Positions 21,700 to 34,114 of a DNA stretch of 64,000 nucleotides are shown one piece after another. Each line of letters opens with the position of its first letter. Within the stretch, counting starts at the first letter, position 1. The notes below the pieces were generated by a model. That model worked only from the letters and a program-made list of their open reading frames with translations, was not told the DNA's origin and did not search any database. The DNA is from Elsinoe ampelina. Its lineage: Eukaryota. Where the stretch lies: the NCBI GenBank assembly GCA_010093995.1, contig ML992501.1, positions 2,809,194-2,873,193 on the forward strand, read 5' to 3'. A program made the translations under genes and the position numbers.

Positions 21700-23390
21700 T
21701 CAGACCTCCCCTCTCTTCTCCCACAAACTTCCCAAACTCGCCAAACTCCACCTCCTCCCCTCCCTCTCCCTCTTCCCCCTCCCCGCCCTATGCGCCCCCC
21801 ACATCAACCCCCCACTCACCACCAAACACCCACCACTCCACGCCTGCACAGCCCCACTCCCAAACCCGAACCTCCCAATCAAATACCCCTCAATCACCGG
21901 GCCTGTCAACGCAAAAGGCGCCGCAGTAGTATACATCATACCAGTCCACTGGCCCAATTTCGCCTGGGCCGCCGCATCCCTATTCCCCAGGATAGCAGCC
22001 ATACTGGCAGGCGGCAAACCAATCACGCTCCCCGAGAACGCCCCGAAGAGCACCACGAACGCGATCGCGGCCGGCAACGTCGACGCCAGCGTCCACAGCG
22101 TGAAACACAGCATGCCGGCCACGAGCGTGACGAGGCTGTGCACGCGCAACGCGCCGAAGTGGTCGCAGAGGAACGAGCTCGATAAGCGGCCGATGCACGA
22201 CGCGCCGTTCATGATCGCGAGGAGCCAGTACGTGCGGAGACCCGGCATCGGGCAGGGTGTTTCGGGAGGCTGGGACGCGGGGCAAGGAGGTGGGGAGGAG
22301 CCTTTGTATGCCACGCGGGTTTGGGATGCCCATTCTTCGAGGTTGAAGAAGACGCCGTAGAAGCCGAAGAACATGAAGCAGATGGAGGCTGTGAAGAGGA
22401 GGAATTGGCGCGAGTGGAGAGCCGAGGGGTCGATCCAGGTGGTGAGGGCGAGAGGGGGGGAGGGGGCGTGAGGGGAGGAGGGGGTGAGGGAGGTGGTGGA
22501 GGTGGAGAGGCGTTTTTGAAAGGGGCGGAGCTGGTGCGCGGGGTTGCGTTTGCTGAGGAAGATGGCGAGGAGGGAGGTCAGGAGGCAGAGGAGGGAGACC
22601 CAGCGCACGGCCACGTTGAAGCCGTGGGCGTCGATGAGGTAGCGGAGCATGGAGGGGTAGGCGACGCCGGCTGGGGAATGTTAGGGTGGGGAATTGACTG
22701 GGGCAAAGGGGGACTTACCGACTGCTGCACCGCAGGCGACGATGCCGATGGCGAAGCCTTTGTAGTCGATGAACCAGGCGGCGACAGTCTGGGAGCTGGA
22801 TGTGTGGTTAGGTGGGTGCCCAGAATCATGAAGTGGTGCTCTTACCTTGTGACGAAGAAACAAGCCATGCCCAGACCTGCCATTAGACCCTGCACAGCCC
22901 AAAGATTGACAGCAGAACCTTGACCAAAGACACCATCGTCGTTAACCACACTCAGCAAGAAGAGGGATAGAGACACGAGAATTGTTCCTGTGATCTTGAG
23001 GTATAGTCCATAGCCAGCGTCCAGCAGTCGCCCGACAATGAAAGACGCTGCAAGGACGATGCCTGATTCAGTACCTCCTATAAGGTTGAAGACTTCGACC
23101 TTGGTATCTGGCAAAAGGATCTCCTCGTAGTATGACAAGAAGGTTCCGAATGCGTTGACGATGCCCCAACTGTTGAACATGAAGATGAAGCCGGAAGCTA
23201 GGGTGGTGTATGCTCGCCAGTCGGTAGGCCATCTCTTGACGTTGCTCTCTTGCTCGATCGCTTCTGTGGAGTCGGCGGGCGACGGCTGCTGAGATGAATT
23301 GGGCCGTGATGGACTCGTGGTACTACCCATCGAAGGAGTCCTCGTAAGATGGCTGGGGTATGCCGTCTCGGGAACAGTCGGGGGTATCAT
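21700..23390 (-). CDS. MFS monocarboxylate-porter-family (Mch-like) transporter; exons 23390-22846, 22795-22719, 22670-21700
   Basis: Multiple TM helices and family motifs (FMFNSWGIVNAFGTF; GRLLDAG; QTVAAWF; NGASCIGR). Two canonical GTAAG..CAG introns keep the frame. Confidence 0.9.
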
Positions 23391-25205
23391 GATGTACTAT
23401 AGATCGATCTGATGTAGATGATATATAAGTTTGTATATCGAAGGATTCGACCACGACCGGGGATGGAGTCAGAAATTGCGCACACTGCAGACGGGAATCG
23501 TCCTATTGTATACGGGGTCCAGATAGATGCAACTGATAGTAGCAGCTTGGATGACATGCATCTCAACGACCCGAAAAGTAGGCATCAGTTTACCTGTAGC
23601 ACAAACCTTGGAGATCTGCACAATGCAGGGCTATGACACTTTCACTAATGCGAAGAGTTTCATGTGAGCCCATCGTTGCAACAGTCGAAAGACTGTGTAT
23701 CTGTTGAGGACCGCAGCCAGTAGCGCGTGTGGAGTGCTGTGTCCGCCAAGCCGAGACGTGCGTACAGGGGAAACCTAGTCAGAGTATGAGGAGGTTGTGG
23801 AGTATGAGTAAGAAGGGTATCAAGGTGCGCTGATCTCTTCCGCCAATGGCAGTAACGGATAGTTAAGGCGATGGAATCATATAGGGCCAGGTCTGAATAT
23901 GACCCTGCCAACGCAACGGGAGTGAACTCAAGCATTCCAGTGAAGCAGGCCTAGAAGTCTTGTTGATTCAGAAAGTTTAGGTGCGCAGCTTGTCTCCGGA
24001 GCAAAAGTCTGATAACAGGCGCAACGTTCGAGAAGCAATCTTTGAAAGGTGCATTCCCAGGACCAGGATACCGGGCGACTGACAAGTTACATGGATCTAC
24101 CTTGGCAGCGGAAATGTATAGCTTTGGGTCTTGACTGACATCAGACCGACTGTGTCACTATTCTCAACATCGATCGTGAAGACGGTTGGTCGATAGGAAT
24201 GGCCCGCGGTGCAACGGGCGCCGGTGAGAGGTCTGCATGCCGGTGGATCGCCACCGGTGTTGTCGTTTTACCTGCGTCTTGGCAGAGACAACCTTGCAAG
24301 GGCCAGGTTACCATGTCGAAGCCAAGAGGTCGTTGTCGCGGTTGGATCTGCATGTCTCACATGGTTGCATGGAATGTGAATTGGACCCACGCCGGTAGAG
24401 CTGATACCCGTCACTCACCGCGTCTTTGTGCAACAGCGCAGCATTTGTGAGGGTGCCGTTCATGCTGTTTGGGTGGACAGCAGTTCGTCATCGTCAGTTC
24501 GGACTCCGTTTGAACAAGAACCGTTATCAGGGTCGGTCAAGGTATCGTGGCACGCAGCGTTTCGGATGGCCACATTGCCGTCATTGGTTGTGGACGAGCG
24601 ATCTCGTCCAGAACTGCATCCCACGTCGGCTTCTGCAATGCTCAAAATGGGATGGCATCGACTTTGGGCTGTGTACTTTGTGGATCAAATGCAAAACTTG
24701 CTCAAGAACAAGCAAAGAAGAAGACGACTTGTGCAATGCTTCGTGGACAAGCTCCATTCTAAGCTCCATTCGATCTGCAGATGGCGTCAACTCTGTCGTC
24801 TTGCAGCCGTCCTGGGCATGCGCTAAGTGGCCCTTGCGGCTCTGTGCGATAAGAGCCGGGAGGTGGTGGTCCAGGGATGTGCAGGACGTGCAGGCCGACG
24901 GCATATCGACTTGTCGATCGCTGTCTCGGATCCCCGGGCGAGATAAGATCATCTGCAAGTGACGACCAGACGCGTGGCTTGGTTCAAAGCCCGATATTGT
25001 CGTTTTGCGTGATGTTGCTGCATGCAGGGTCAACAACGAAACCTCAAGCCGGTGCGGCTCAACCAAAATGAGGCTGCATATCGAGTTCATTTCATAAGTT
25101 ATTGGAACCTTCGTGACCTAGATACTCACGCCAAGACAGCCTTACAAATCATCGTGGAGCACGGGACATCACATGTTATTTTCCGTCTTGGGTATCATCT
25201 CACTA

Positions 25206-28069
25206 TCAAACACTTCCTCGACTAGTCTGCCGTTCCTGAGGTTCCATCTCTTCATCAATGCCAAGCAGGCCCCGCCCCTCCCCCTCTCCGTCTTCGCGGA
25301 GAAGGTTTGCTCCACGGTTGACCTTGTCTCCACTATCATCCGCCCTGCTCTCCACTTCGCCTTCGTTCAGGACATACCAGACATCTTTCTTGGTCAGGAG
25401 CCCGCTGAGTATGCCCTTGTCTGAAAACACCACATAGCGTAGGCCAAGTCTCTGAAACATGTTTACTGTGAGCTGCAAACCGCTGCGACTGTTCAGAGTG
25501 ATCGGCGTTTGATCCATCCATGGTCGAAGGTCGAGCGTCGTTGAAGGATCGGCTAAAGGTTGGTGCGAGAAGTAGCATTCCGCCGTCTTTGGCAGACTTC
25601 GTTGTGGAGACAGTGCCGTGCGCAGAGCATAGGATAGCTCAGCGCGGGAAATGTAGCCGAGCAGTAAAGCGTCCGTGGTATTGTTGACGACTGGGAACCC
25701 GCGGAAGCGGTGTGTCTGCAGAAGTATCTCGAGACTTTCGATCGTGTGGCCGGTTCCTGTTAGTACCACCAGGTCTTCCAGCCTGGTCATGATCTGTGAC
25801 ACTGGAACATCGGGAACAGGTCGGTCGTCTCGATTGTCCAAGAATGGGTATCCGTTCAGTTGTATCCACGCCTCGTAGATGCCCTTCGAATGGATGGCAT
25901 CTCCAACCCACTTGGCGATCATGACAGCAATCATGATTGGTAGCACATAAGTGAGTGCTCCAGTAAGCTCAAACATAATGACCACAATGGAAACCGTAAT
26001 TCTTGTAGCGCCCGCCAGAGCTGAAGCTGCGCCTACGATGGCATATGTGCCCGGGGTGACACATGCTATGTCTTTCTCGCAGGACGCGAAGAGAAAGAAG
26101 CTCGGATACTGTCGCTGCCACACTTCCATGATGAGGCCAACGACTCGACCGTACAATGCACCTATTGCCATCGAAGGTAGTAGTATGCCTGCCGGTATTT
26201 GCAAACCAAAGGTAATTGCCGCCAAGAAGAAGCCGATGATGGCGCTGATCATGAGAAGAAAGATTACTCCGGTGTTCGCCCTTCCGGACTTGCAAAGTCC
26301 AAGATGATCGGTTGTGATGTCGGTACATTCGGCGAGGAGAAACGATACCAGCTCTGTTGACTGAGCCCGCAGGAAAGTGATTGGGAAAGAAATCACAGCC
26401 GTGAAAAGTGCAACTGCAGCTACTTCAAGCACTGGCCGTCCTTTGAAAGGATAATTGTTCGATCGCCGCCACTTTGCCATTCGGATATTCAGCTTGATGA
26501 AGCAGCCCCCATAGATGCCCCCAAGGAGGCCTATAAAGGCGAACGGCATGATTTCGAAGGCGTGCCATCCGGACTTGTAAGTGACCTGGTACAAGACTAG
26601 CTTGCCCGTACGGAAGGGGTTGTATGCTTGAAGGATGAATGCTGCAACCATGGCACAGACGAATGACTGCCACATCGTTTTGTCAGGGAAGTAATACGAA
26701 AGCTGCTCCAAGGAGAACAAAACACCTCCGACTGGTGAACCAAATGCTACAGAAATGCCAGAAGCCGCGGCAGCTGAGAGCACTTCTCGCTTGCGCGCTG
26801 ATAATGTCAGCTTTGGCAGCATTCTTTTCCTAATGACATACCTTCGTTGCTGTTGATCGAGTCAAAACCTTTCATGAATAAATTTGCACAACAGCAGGCT
26901 ACATGGACAAGGGGCCCTTCCTTGCCGAGCCAAAGTCCTGAAGATACAGACAGACACTGCACAAGTCAGCCAAACCACACTATGTACTTTCCCAAGATCT
27001 TACCAAGCCCAAGGACTTTACTGCCAAAGTCCAGCCACCTAGGAAACGCCTAATCACAAAGCCACCCAGGACCGTCTTGATCTCAGGCATACCACTTTGC
27101 TTGGCATAGACCGCATAAGTGTTCGTCAAAAAGCTCGCTATGGTCGCAAATAAAACCTGGCCTCGTCAGCCAGTATCAGGATGCGGTCTTGGTCCAGAAC
27201 CCACAGAAAATATCAAGAATATGATTAGATTAATAATCCATGCCCCTCCAGCATTTGCTATTCCCATCGCTTTGCTCCAGCTCCGCCAGTCCAGACACTT
27301 TCCGAAGTCATCCAGTCCCCAGCAACAAAAGTACTTGTTCAGATAGAAGCGACCTCCGGCATTGACGTTACTGCAGAAGCCAGTCTTTGAGTCGCCCAGC
27401 CAGTCGCTGACTACATCTATTCCTGCTGCTATCGTCCCCACAGCGATTCCAGTTGCGACCAGCACAACCCAGATCTGCCCACTATCCCCAAGCTGTCTGA
27501 ACCATCCCGACAGTCCTGATGTATTATCCTTGAGGATCCGCAATCTCTGCCGCTCTTTCGCATACTCGAAGATCCAGTCGATCGCTGTGAGATCGTCGTA
27601 GCCTACACGTCGACCAGGTCCTTCAATGTACCAGTCCAATGAAGCAGGATCCTTAGTGTCTAGCGGAGGCGGTTGCGACGCACTGCCTGATGAGAGATAT
27701 GCGTCCAAGGGCGCGCCATTTGAAAGCCGAGCTTTGTGACGCTGCTCTCGCGCAGAGTTTGGCCGGGACGGAGGAGTTGAAGAGTTCAGGAAGCGGTCGC
27801 CTAATGAAGGCAGCTTTTGTTTGCGCTTGAAGGAGATTCTAGACTAGTCAGACCCGTATCTGAGCCACACTCCTCTTTCAAAGGTATAACACCTACCTTT
27901 TGTCCAAGCTGCCGTTCAAGGGATCACTGGCAAGTAGGTCCGCGGTCTGACTCGCATCCAGTGCCTGGGTGACATCGAGGTCGTCGTCTATGTCCTCGAG
28001 ATAGGGGCTTCGACTTGAGGATGCCTCGGCGGGGTCGTGCCGCGATTGGCTACTCGAAGTGCTCGACAT
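25206..28069 (-). CDS. CLC-family chloride channel/transporter with C-terminal CBS domains (multi-exon)
   Basis: Motifs [72 protein letters not shown] and CBS-type FRGFPVV. Start ATG at 28069 inferred; several introns at ~26.8-27.9 kb. Confidence 0.95.
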
Positions 28070-28453
28070 GAAAGCATCGGTCAACGTCAGCAGGTAGTGG
28101 GAAGCATGCCGGTTCCAAGTTGACGAGGAGAGATGCTGCTGTCGATTCGGGGATGGTTGCGGCGAGCAATGGTCAGAGTGGGCAACTCCAGCCGAGGCTT
28201 CAATTTCTCAAGGGTCCGCGATGTCGGCCGGGGACACCGAGTATCACAGAATTGCTCCCCTCTTCAACAAGCCCCCACCACTTCTACAGGACAGCAATTG
28301 GAATTGAAATCTCAAATTGCAATCAACGTATCTTTCACTGTCGATCACGCGCTCTAGCTACCAGCCAAACAACACCTCAGCATCCTGCAAACTGGTCACG
28401 TTCCTTACTCGCCCACCCCGTCCGAGGACAGCACTGGACCACTTCTGCACAGC

Positions 28454-29491
28454 ATGGCACAATCAAATGGCGACTCGGGGCTCACGCTCACGTTCCTTGG
28501 CTGTGGTAGGCTACTATCCTGCACAGTCTGATCAATAGTATGTCTGACATTACCAGGGACAATGGGTATAGCCATTCTCTCTGGCATCCTCGACTCCCTT
28601 TCCTCCTCCAATGCCCCATCCCTCCGTGGCTCGCCGTCCGGCACTTCCACCCCTGCCCAGATGGAAGACCTCCCACCACGGCTACCGACGAAATTCAATG
28701 CCTGTGTCCGCCGCCCAGCTTCTGCGAAACGCATCCGAAGGGAGCTCGCCTCTTACAACATCCCCGTGACGATCTACGAGAACGACAATGTTCCCGCCGT
28801 CGAAGCCGCCGACATCGTCGTTCTAGGCTGCAAACCGTATATGGTCGGTGAAATTCTGGGCCCAGAGTCGATAAGGAATGCATTGAAGGGCAAGTTATTG
28901 TTGAGCATTTGCGCCGGAGTGCCGGTAGACCAGATCGAGGATGCTATCTATCCTGGGAAGACGCATGATCAGATCATAAAAGATGGTGGGTGTACTGTGG
29001 TCCGAGTGATGCCAAATACAGCCAGCAAAGTGCGAGAGAGCATGTCGGTCATTGCATCCTCATCGCCGCCACTGGAGCAGTCACAAACTCAGGTCATCGA
29101 GTGGATCTTCACGCGGATCGGTAGGGTAGTCACACTCCCTCCATCGAACATGGACGCCGCAACAGCACTATGCGGCAGTGGGCCAGCTTTCATGGCGCTA
29201 GTACTAGAAGCCATCGCGGACGGAGCAGTAGCCATGGGCCTTCCACGACAAGAAGCACAATTCATGGCTGCCCAGACCATGCGAGGGACGACCGGCTTAG
29301 TTCTCGACGGCGAACACCCCGCCATCCTCCGCGACAAGGTCAGCACCCCCGGCGGCTGCACCATCGGCGGCCTCCTCGTCCTCGAAGAAGGCAGAGTGCG
29401 AGGCACGGTCGCGCGAGCAGTACGAGAAGCAACCGTCGTGGCCAGCCAACTCGGCAAAGGCGTACAAGGCGTGAACGGCACCAGATTCTGA
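28454..29491 (+). CDS. PRO3: Pyrroline-5-carboxylate reductase (exons 28454-28505, 28557-29491)
   Basis: The spliced N-terminus gives the Rossmann motif FLGCGTMG. Also VRVMPNT, ALCGSGPAF and HPAILRDKVSTPGGCTIGGL. Confidence 0.96.
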
Positions 29492-29585
29492 AGCACATCA
29501 AGGTAGACATGCACCACAGCATCTTAGACTCAAGCACGAGATACCCACGACCCAGAATAGACACGAATAGACAGTCACTACCTGC

Positions 29586-31412
29586 TCATCTCACTACCCT
29601 CCTCACCCTCATCGGCACATCCCCCCTCGGCCGCGCCTCAATCCCTAGCTCCTGAAACACCACATCCCCAAACACCCCATCCAAATCCGTAAACTCCGCT
29701 CTCGGCCTCTCATTCGGCTTAAGCCCCACACACTCAAACTCATACTCCCTCACCGTCATAAGTAGAATAATCTTCAACTCATCCATCGCCAGATTCTGCC
29801 CTAGACACGCTCTCGCGCCGCGGCCGAAGGTACGGAAGTAGGTGGAGGGTACAGGCCGGACGGGCGAGGAGAGGTAGGGGGAGGGGTCTTCGAGGAAACG
29901 TTCGGGGAGGAAGAGTTTAGGCCTGTCGTAGTGGGTGGGGTCATAGTGGAGGGTGTGTGCGGGGGTGATGACGACGTAGTTTGCGAGGGGGTAGGTGGTG
30001 GAGTTGTGGGTTAGGGTGGAGCTGGGGTGGTTAGAAGGGGGGAGGCAAGAGGGAGGGAAGGGAAGTGGGGACGGTGGGAGACGTACTCGGCGTGGGCGCC
30101 GCGGGGGTTGAAGCCGACGGGGAACATGCGGAGGACTTCGCGGATGACGGCTTGCGTGTAGACCAGGTCGCTGAGTTTGGAGGGGTGGGAGCGGAGGATG
30201 GAGAGTGTGGCGTCGTGGGTGGGCGCGAAGACGCGGGTGTGCTCGTCGCGGAGGTTTTGGAGGACGCGGGGGTGGGTCGATAGGAGCATGTATGCGAACT
30301 GGAGATGTTAGTACGAGATCGAGAGTAGAGGGAAGGGACGGACACAAAGCGTATCGGTGGTGGTGCCGGATCCACCGAGGAGAAGGGCTTTGATGCTGGA
30401 CAACGATCAGCCAGTTCAGACAACGTGCCAATGGAGTACATACTTGGTCAGGAGGAGATCGAGCTCGCTCTGTGGCACTTGCTGCGGTTCGCCCTTCTCA
30501 TCGACCTTCACGTACTCGCGCAACATCAGATCAAGGATACTGTAAGGGTTCTTCTTGTCCACTGCCACTTTCTCCCGTGTAAGGAGGTCTCGTCTCTCGT
30601 CGATCTTCTGCTGAATTGTAGTATTGATCCGCTTCAGGACAGGTCTGCGTTTCCACCAGCTGCTGATCTTGACTCGAGGATCCCAGGACAATTGTTGGGC
30701 AGCAAAGTGGATCATATCTCTCAGATCCGTGAGCGATTGACTGCCAGTGGTTTGGGCATTCAAAGAGTAGTTGAAGGTCAGTCTCGAGATCACATCGAAG
30801 ACAAGCTTGGTCGCAGTCTGTTCCATCGAGAAGGTCTCGCCGCTCTCAGCCAGCTTGTCCAACGTGGATCTGAAGATCTCGGTCTCTTCTGCGACGACCG
30901 TGCTCATGTTTCTGATATGATGGAGCGAGAACGCCGGGGCCATGGCGTTGTGCGAGTTTTTCCACGCTGGTCCATTTGCCACAGCTATAGCATCAGGACC
31001 AATGATCGGGCTCAAGAAGTCATTACCCATCTTGTGCATGGGTAGGCTGAGGTTGATATCGACCCTGTTCATAAGATCCGGATCAAGAACTATGACCTGC
31101 GCATCGGCGACTGGCCAGAGGTCAAGATAGAAGATCCCCTTGAGGTTGTACTTCCGAGTGATCCAGGTCAGATAGAATTGTGGGTGGGTTCCTGGTGGGA
31201 AGACAGCGGCAGCCTCGCCCATGACTTTCAAGTGTCCCCATAAGAGACTGTGTGGAGGTCCTGGCTGAGAAGACTTAGCGACCTCATGGGTAATGCAAAG
31301 CTACACTTACGAGACTATTGAATGACCGGCGTTGTTTCACAAACCGATAGCATATGTGCAGTAGCCATGATCCCACAAGTAAGAGTATGCTTGTCAGAAT
31401 GGTGTCCGGCAT
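29586..31412 (-). CDS. Cytochrome P450 (multi-exon)
   Basis: N-terminal TM and PGPPHS region, I-helix KALLLGGSGTTTDT, ExxR (IREVLRMFP), PERF (FLPERF) and heme motif FGRGARACLG. Confidence 0.93.
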
Positions 31413-31907
31413 GATAGAAGTGCGGATCTTGTCTTTACAGAGCAACAATTACACGGACTGAAGAAGTAGAGGAGAGGATGAAAGACGACTTCAAACAGAG
31501 GACCCACACTGGTATAGACGCTGGTTGGGACGTGCTGCTTACGGACCCAGGATCAGATAGCGTATACCACAAAGCGGGGGCCCTGACACCCTGCCACGAT
31601 CGATCAATTTTCGCAGCTCCGCATCATTGGGTAGCTGGCGGAGTCACCAACAGCCAAGCAGATGAGTTGATTACCTACTGTAGTGTCGAAGACGAAATTC
31701 TCGAAACAAGAACAGCAGCACAGCACGTGCATACTCGGCAGCGGAGCCGCATTTCCCACCACCGCGTCCCTCGGCCCGCCATCCGCCTCCTCCTCGAACA
31801 TTCCCTTTCACCTGCACACCTCTCTCCAACCTCACCATGACCAATCCCTAGATCGGCATGCCACCTTCTCCAGGCACCTGCATATCTTTCACCCTCGCCA
31901 CAACACC

Positions 31908-32639
31908 ATGGCCGACCCCTTCGAAGTGCGCATGCGCTTCACCTCTCAACTGCAACACCTCAACGCCAGCGTGACCTCCGCCCAAAAAGCCGCCCATTAT
32001 GCGCTCAAGAACCGAGACATGGACGAGGACCTGCACAGCTGCATCCTGGAGCAACTGGAGCGAAACAACCTCAATCTCCGCGCCAACATCCTCTACTTCC
32101 TCGAGCATCTCTGCGACATGGCCGCGCGGGAAGAGTACCCCGAATTCATAAGGATGATGGAGCGGGACATTCTCAAGATTGTGGATCTGGTGGCGCCGGA
32201 GGACGGGAGTGGTGCCGCGAATGTAAAGGTGGTGAGGAAGGTGCTCAAGGGGATGGGGGAGAAGAGTTATCTCCAGCCGCAGACGGTGATGGAGTTGGAG
32301 GAGTGTATCAAGGATCGAGATCAGATTGGGGGCGTGAGGGTGGGGGAGGAGAGCCCGATGGTGGGAGATGTGGATGGGGTGGGGAAGGAGAGGGCGAGGG
32401 TGAGGATGAATGGGGTGAGGTTGGATAAGAGGCAGATTGAGCAGAGGATCGAGGAGGATCGGGAGAGGCATAAGCGGTTACGGGAGAGTATTTGGGCAGT
32501 GGAGCCGGATGGGGATAAGGAGTTTGATAGGTTGTGGGAGGAGACGAGTGATGTTAATGCCGATGATTTTATACTCATCAGGGAGGAGGCAGAGGAGAGG
32601 CGGAAAGCCGCAAAATTTCACCGCATGGGATTGGAATAG
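31908..32639 (+). CDS. CTK3: CTD kinase I gamma subunit
   Basis: MADPFEVRMRFTSQLQHLNAS...MDEDLHSCILEQLE...RANILYFLEHL; C-terminal RIEEDRERHKRLRESIWAV. Confidence 0.92.
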   Translation: MADPFEVRMRFTSQLQHLNASVTSAQKAAHYALKNRDMDEDLHSCILEQLERNNLNLRANILYFLEHLCDMAAREEYPEFIRMMERDILKIVDLVAPEDGSGAANVKVVRKVLKGMGEKSYLQPQTVMELEECIKDRDQIGGVRVGEESPMVGDVDGVGKERARVRMNGVRLDKRQIEQRIEEDRERHKRLRESIWAVEPDGDKEFDRLWEETSDVNADDFILIREEAEERRKAAKFHRMGLE

Positions 32640-32721
32640 TTTGCATAATACCCAGATCACGACCATGGAATGACATGTATTCATAGAAGCAGTTTGGGTA
32701 TCTTGGATTTCGTGACGGTCA

Positions 32722-33813
32722 TTACCTTCCCCAACCATACTTGTTTCCAGCTTCCCCTCTGTTTCGTTTCCCTTCTGCCCACGCATCCTCGAGAGCTTCT
32801 TTCTGGGTGGAAGCGGCATTGACGAGCTGTTGCAGACTGTGCTTGCCTGGTGCGACTGCTCTGACTGCGCGATGCTGTACTGTTTCGCCAGCAGCCCGGA
32901 GCTCTTCATTCTTCGCGTACTCCGTGTCCATGTTGAAATTAGCTATGTTAATAGCTTGAGCGCCTTGACCTCGTCGTCCAAATAGCTGCCTCCGCTCGGC
33001 CTCGGTCAAGTTAAGATCGGATGCCACTGCGTCTAGAGAATTCGGGTTGACAGGCTGTTGCGGCATGGTCTCGTATGATGGTGCTATCGTTTCCACGACC
33101 TCGTCCTGCGTTATCAAGGGCTCGTACACATCGGTTTTGGCGCTCTGCATGACTGAGTCGTCCTCTGATGCGACAGAGAAGAGCGACACTTTCGGCTTTG
33201 AAGGTTTGACTACTGGCGCAGGCACAGCAGGTGCGGTGGTCTGATTGGGCGGTACAGGCACTGCGCTACTCGTGGCATTGACTGCTGCTGGCTTCTTGGG
33301 CTTCTTCTTGTTTGCTACGGACAGCGGTCTGAATCTCATCGCGTTGCCAACAGCCTTGACCTCCTCTGCCGCTTTCGCAGTTTTATCTTCCGCCTGTCCA
33401 GATGCGCTGTCTCCGTTCTGCGATGAATCAACTGCCTGCGATTCGTGTGTTCCCTTGTATGATGTCTCGACAGGTTCTCGACTGAAAGCCGCAGCGCTGC
33501 TCGTCTTCAGATTGATACCCGACCCCAGTCCACCTCTCTTCGCATTTTCGGCGGTTCGTTTTGGTGCAGGTAACAGAGCATTGAATCCTGATATCCCACC
33601 AGCAGTCCTCGCCCTCTTCGCTGGTCGCTCTGCTTCTGCATCCGCTGTCGGCGCTATAGTTGGTAGATCGACCTTGATTTTGCGCGGACCAGATGAGTCG
33701 ACCAGTTTTTCGAAAGCCGGTTTGGTCGACTTGGCCGGGACTGTGATTTCGGGTTTAGATGCGACTTCAGTGTCTGATTCCTCACTATCTGAATAGCCTA
33801 CGAGCGCCATCAT
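32722..33813 (-). CDS. PRCC-domain protein (mitotic checkpoint regulator, MAD2B-interacting family)
   Basis: MALVGYSDSE N-terminus; C-terminal GKHSLQQLVNAA..QKEALEDAWAEGKRNRGEAGNKYGW. Confidence 0.85.
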   Translation of the reverse strand: MMALVGYSDSEESDTEVASKPEITVPAKSTKPAFEKLVDSSGPRKIKVDLPTIAPTADAEAERPAKRARTAGGISGFNALLPAPKRTAENAKRGGLGSGINLKTSSAAAFSREPVETSYKGTHESQAVDSSQNGDSASGQAEDKTAKAAEEVKAVGNAMRFRPLSVANKKKPKKPAAVNATSSAVPVPPNQTTAPAVPAPVVKPSKPKVSLFSVASEDDSVMQSAKTDVYEPLITQDEVVETIAPSYETMPQQPVNPNSLDAVASDLNLTEAERRQLFGRRGQGAQAINIANFNMDTEYAKNEELRAAGETVQHRAVRAVAPGKHSLQQLVNAASTQKEALEDAWAEGKRNRGEAGNKYGWGR

Positions 33814-34114
33814 GCAACAACTATGTCAATGTCAGATTTGAAATTGATGTCCAGCCGAGTTGCGGAGTTTAATCTCATGCGGCTCTGCGCGTGAGCACCA
33901 AAGCTTTGACCAGTAGTTTGCAGCGCTCCCAGAGCCGCATCCGCGGGGCGTGGGGGTCGATCAGGACCGACCTCATCTCCAATCGCGATAGCAACCCTTC
34001 CTCGCCCTCATCTTCCGACACCATCATCGCGGCCAGCTGGACTGGCCACACGACTCTCGTTAATGTTATAACGCGTCTGGGCAGGTCCGCTCAAGCCATT
34101 GCACTATACCCATC

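Noticed and set aside
23400..25200. Short ORFs upstream of the MFS gene (e.g. 24426-24962, 24581-25090)
   Set aside because: Overlapping, non-ATG or compositionally random, with no motifs; treated as intergenic.
21700..31412. Secondary-metabolite cluster (MFS plus P450)
   Set aside because: The two genes are separated by CLC and PRO3, and no PKS, NRPS, terpene synthase or cluster regulator is in the window.
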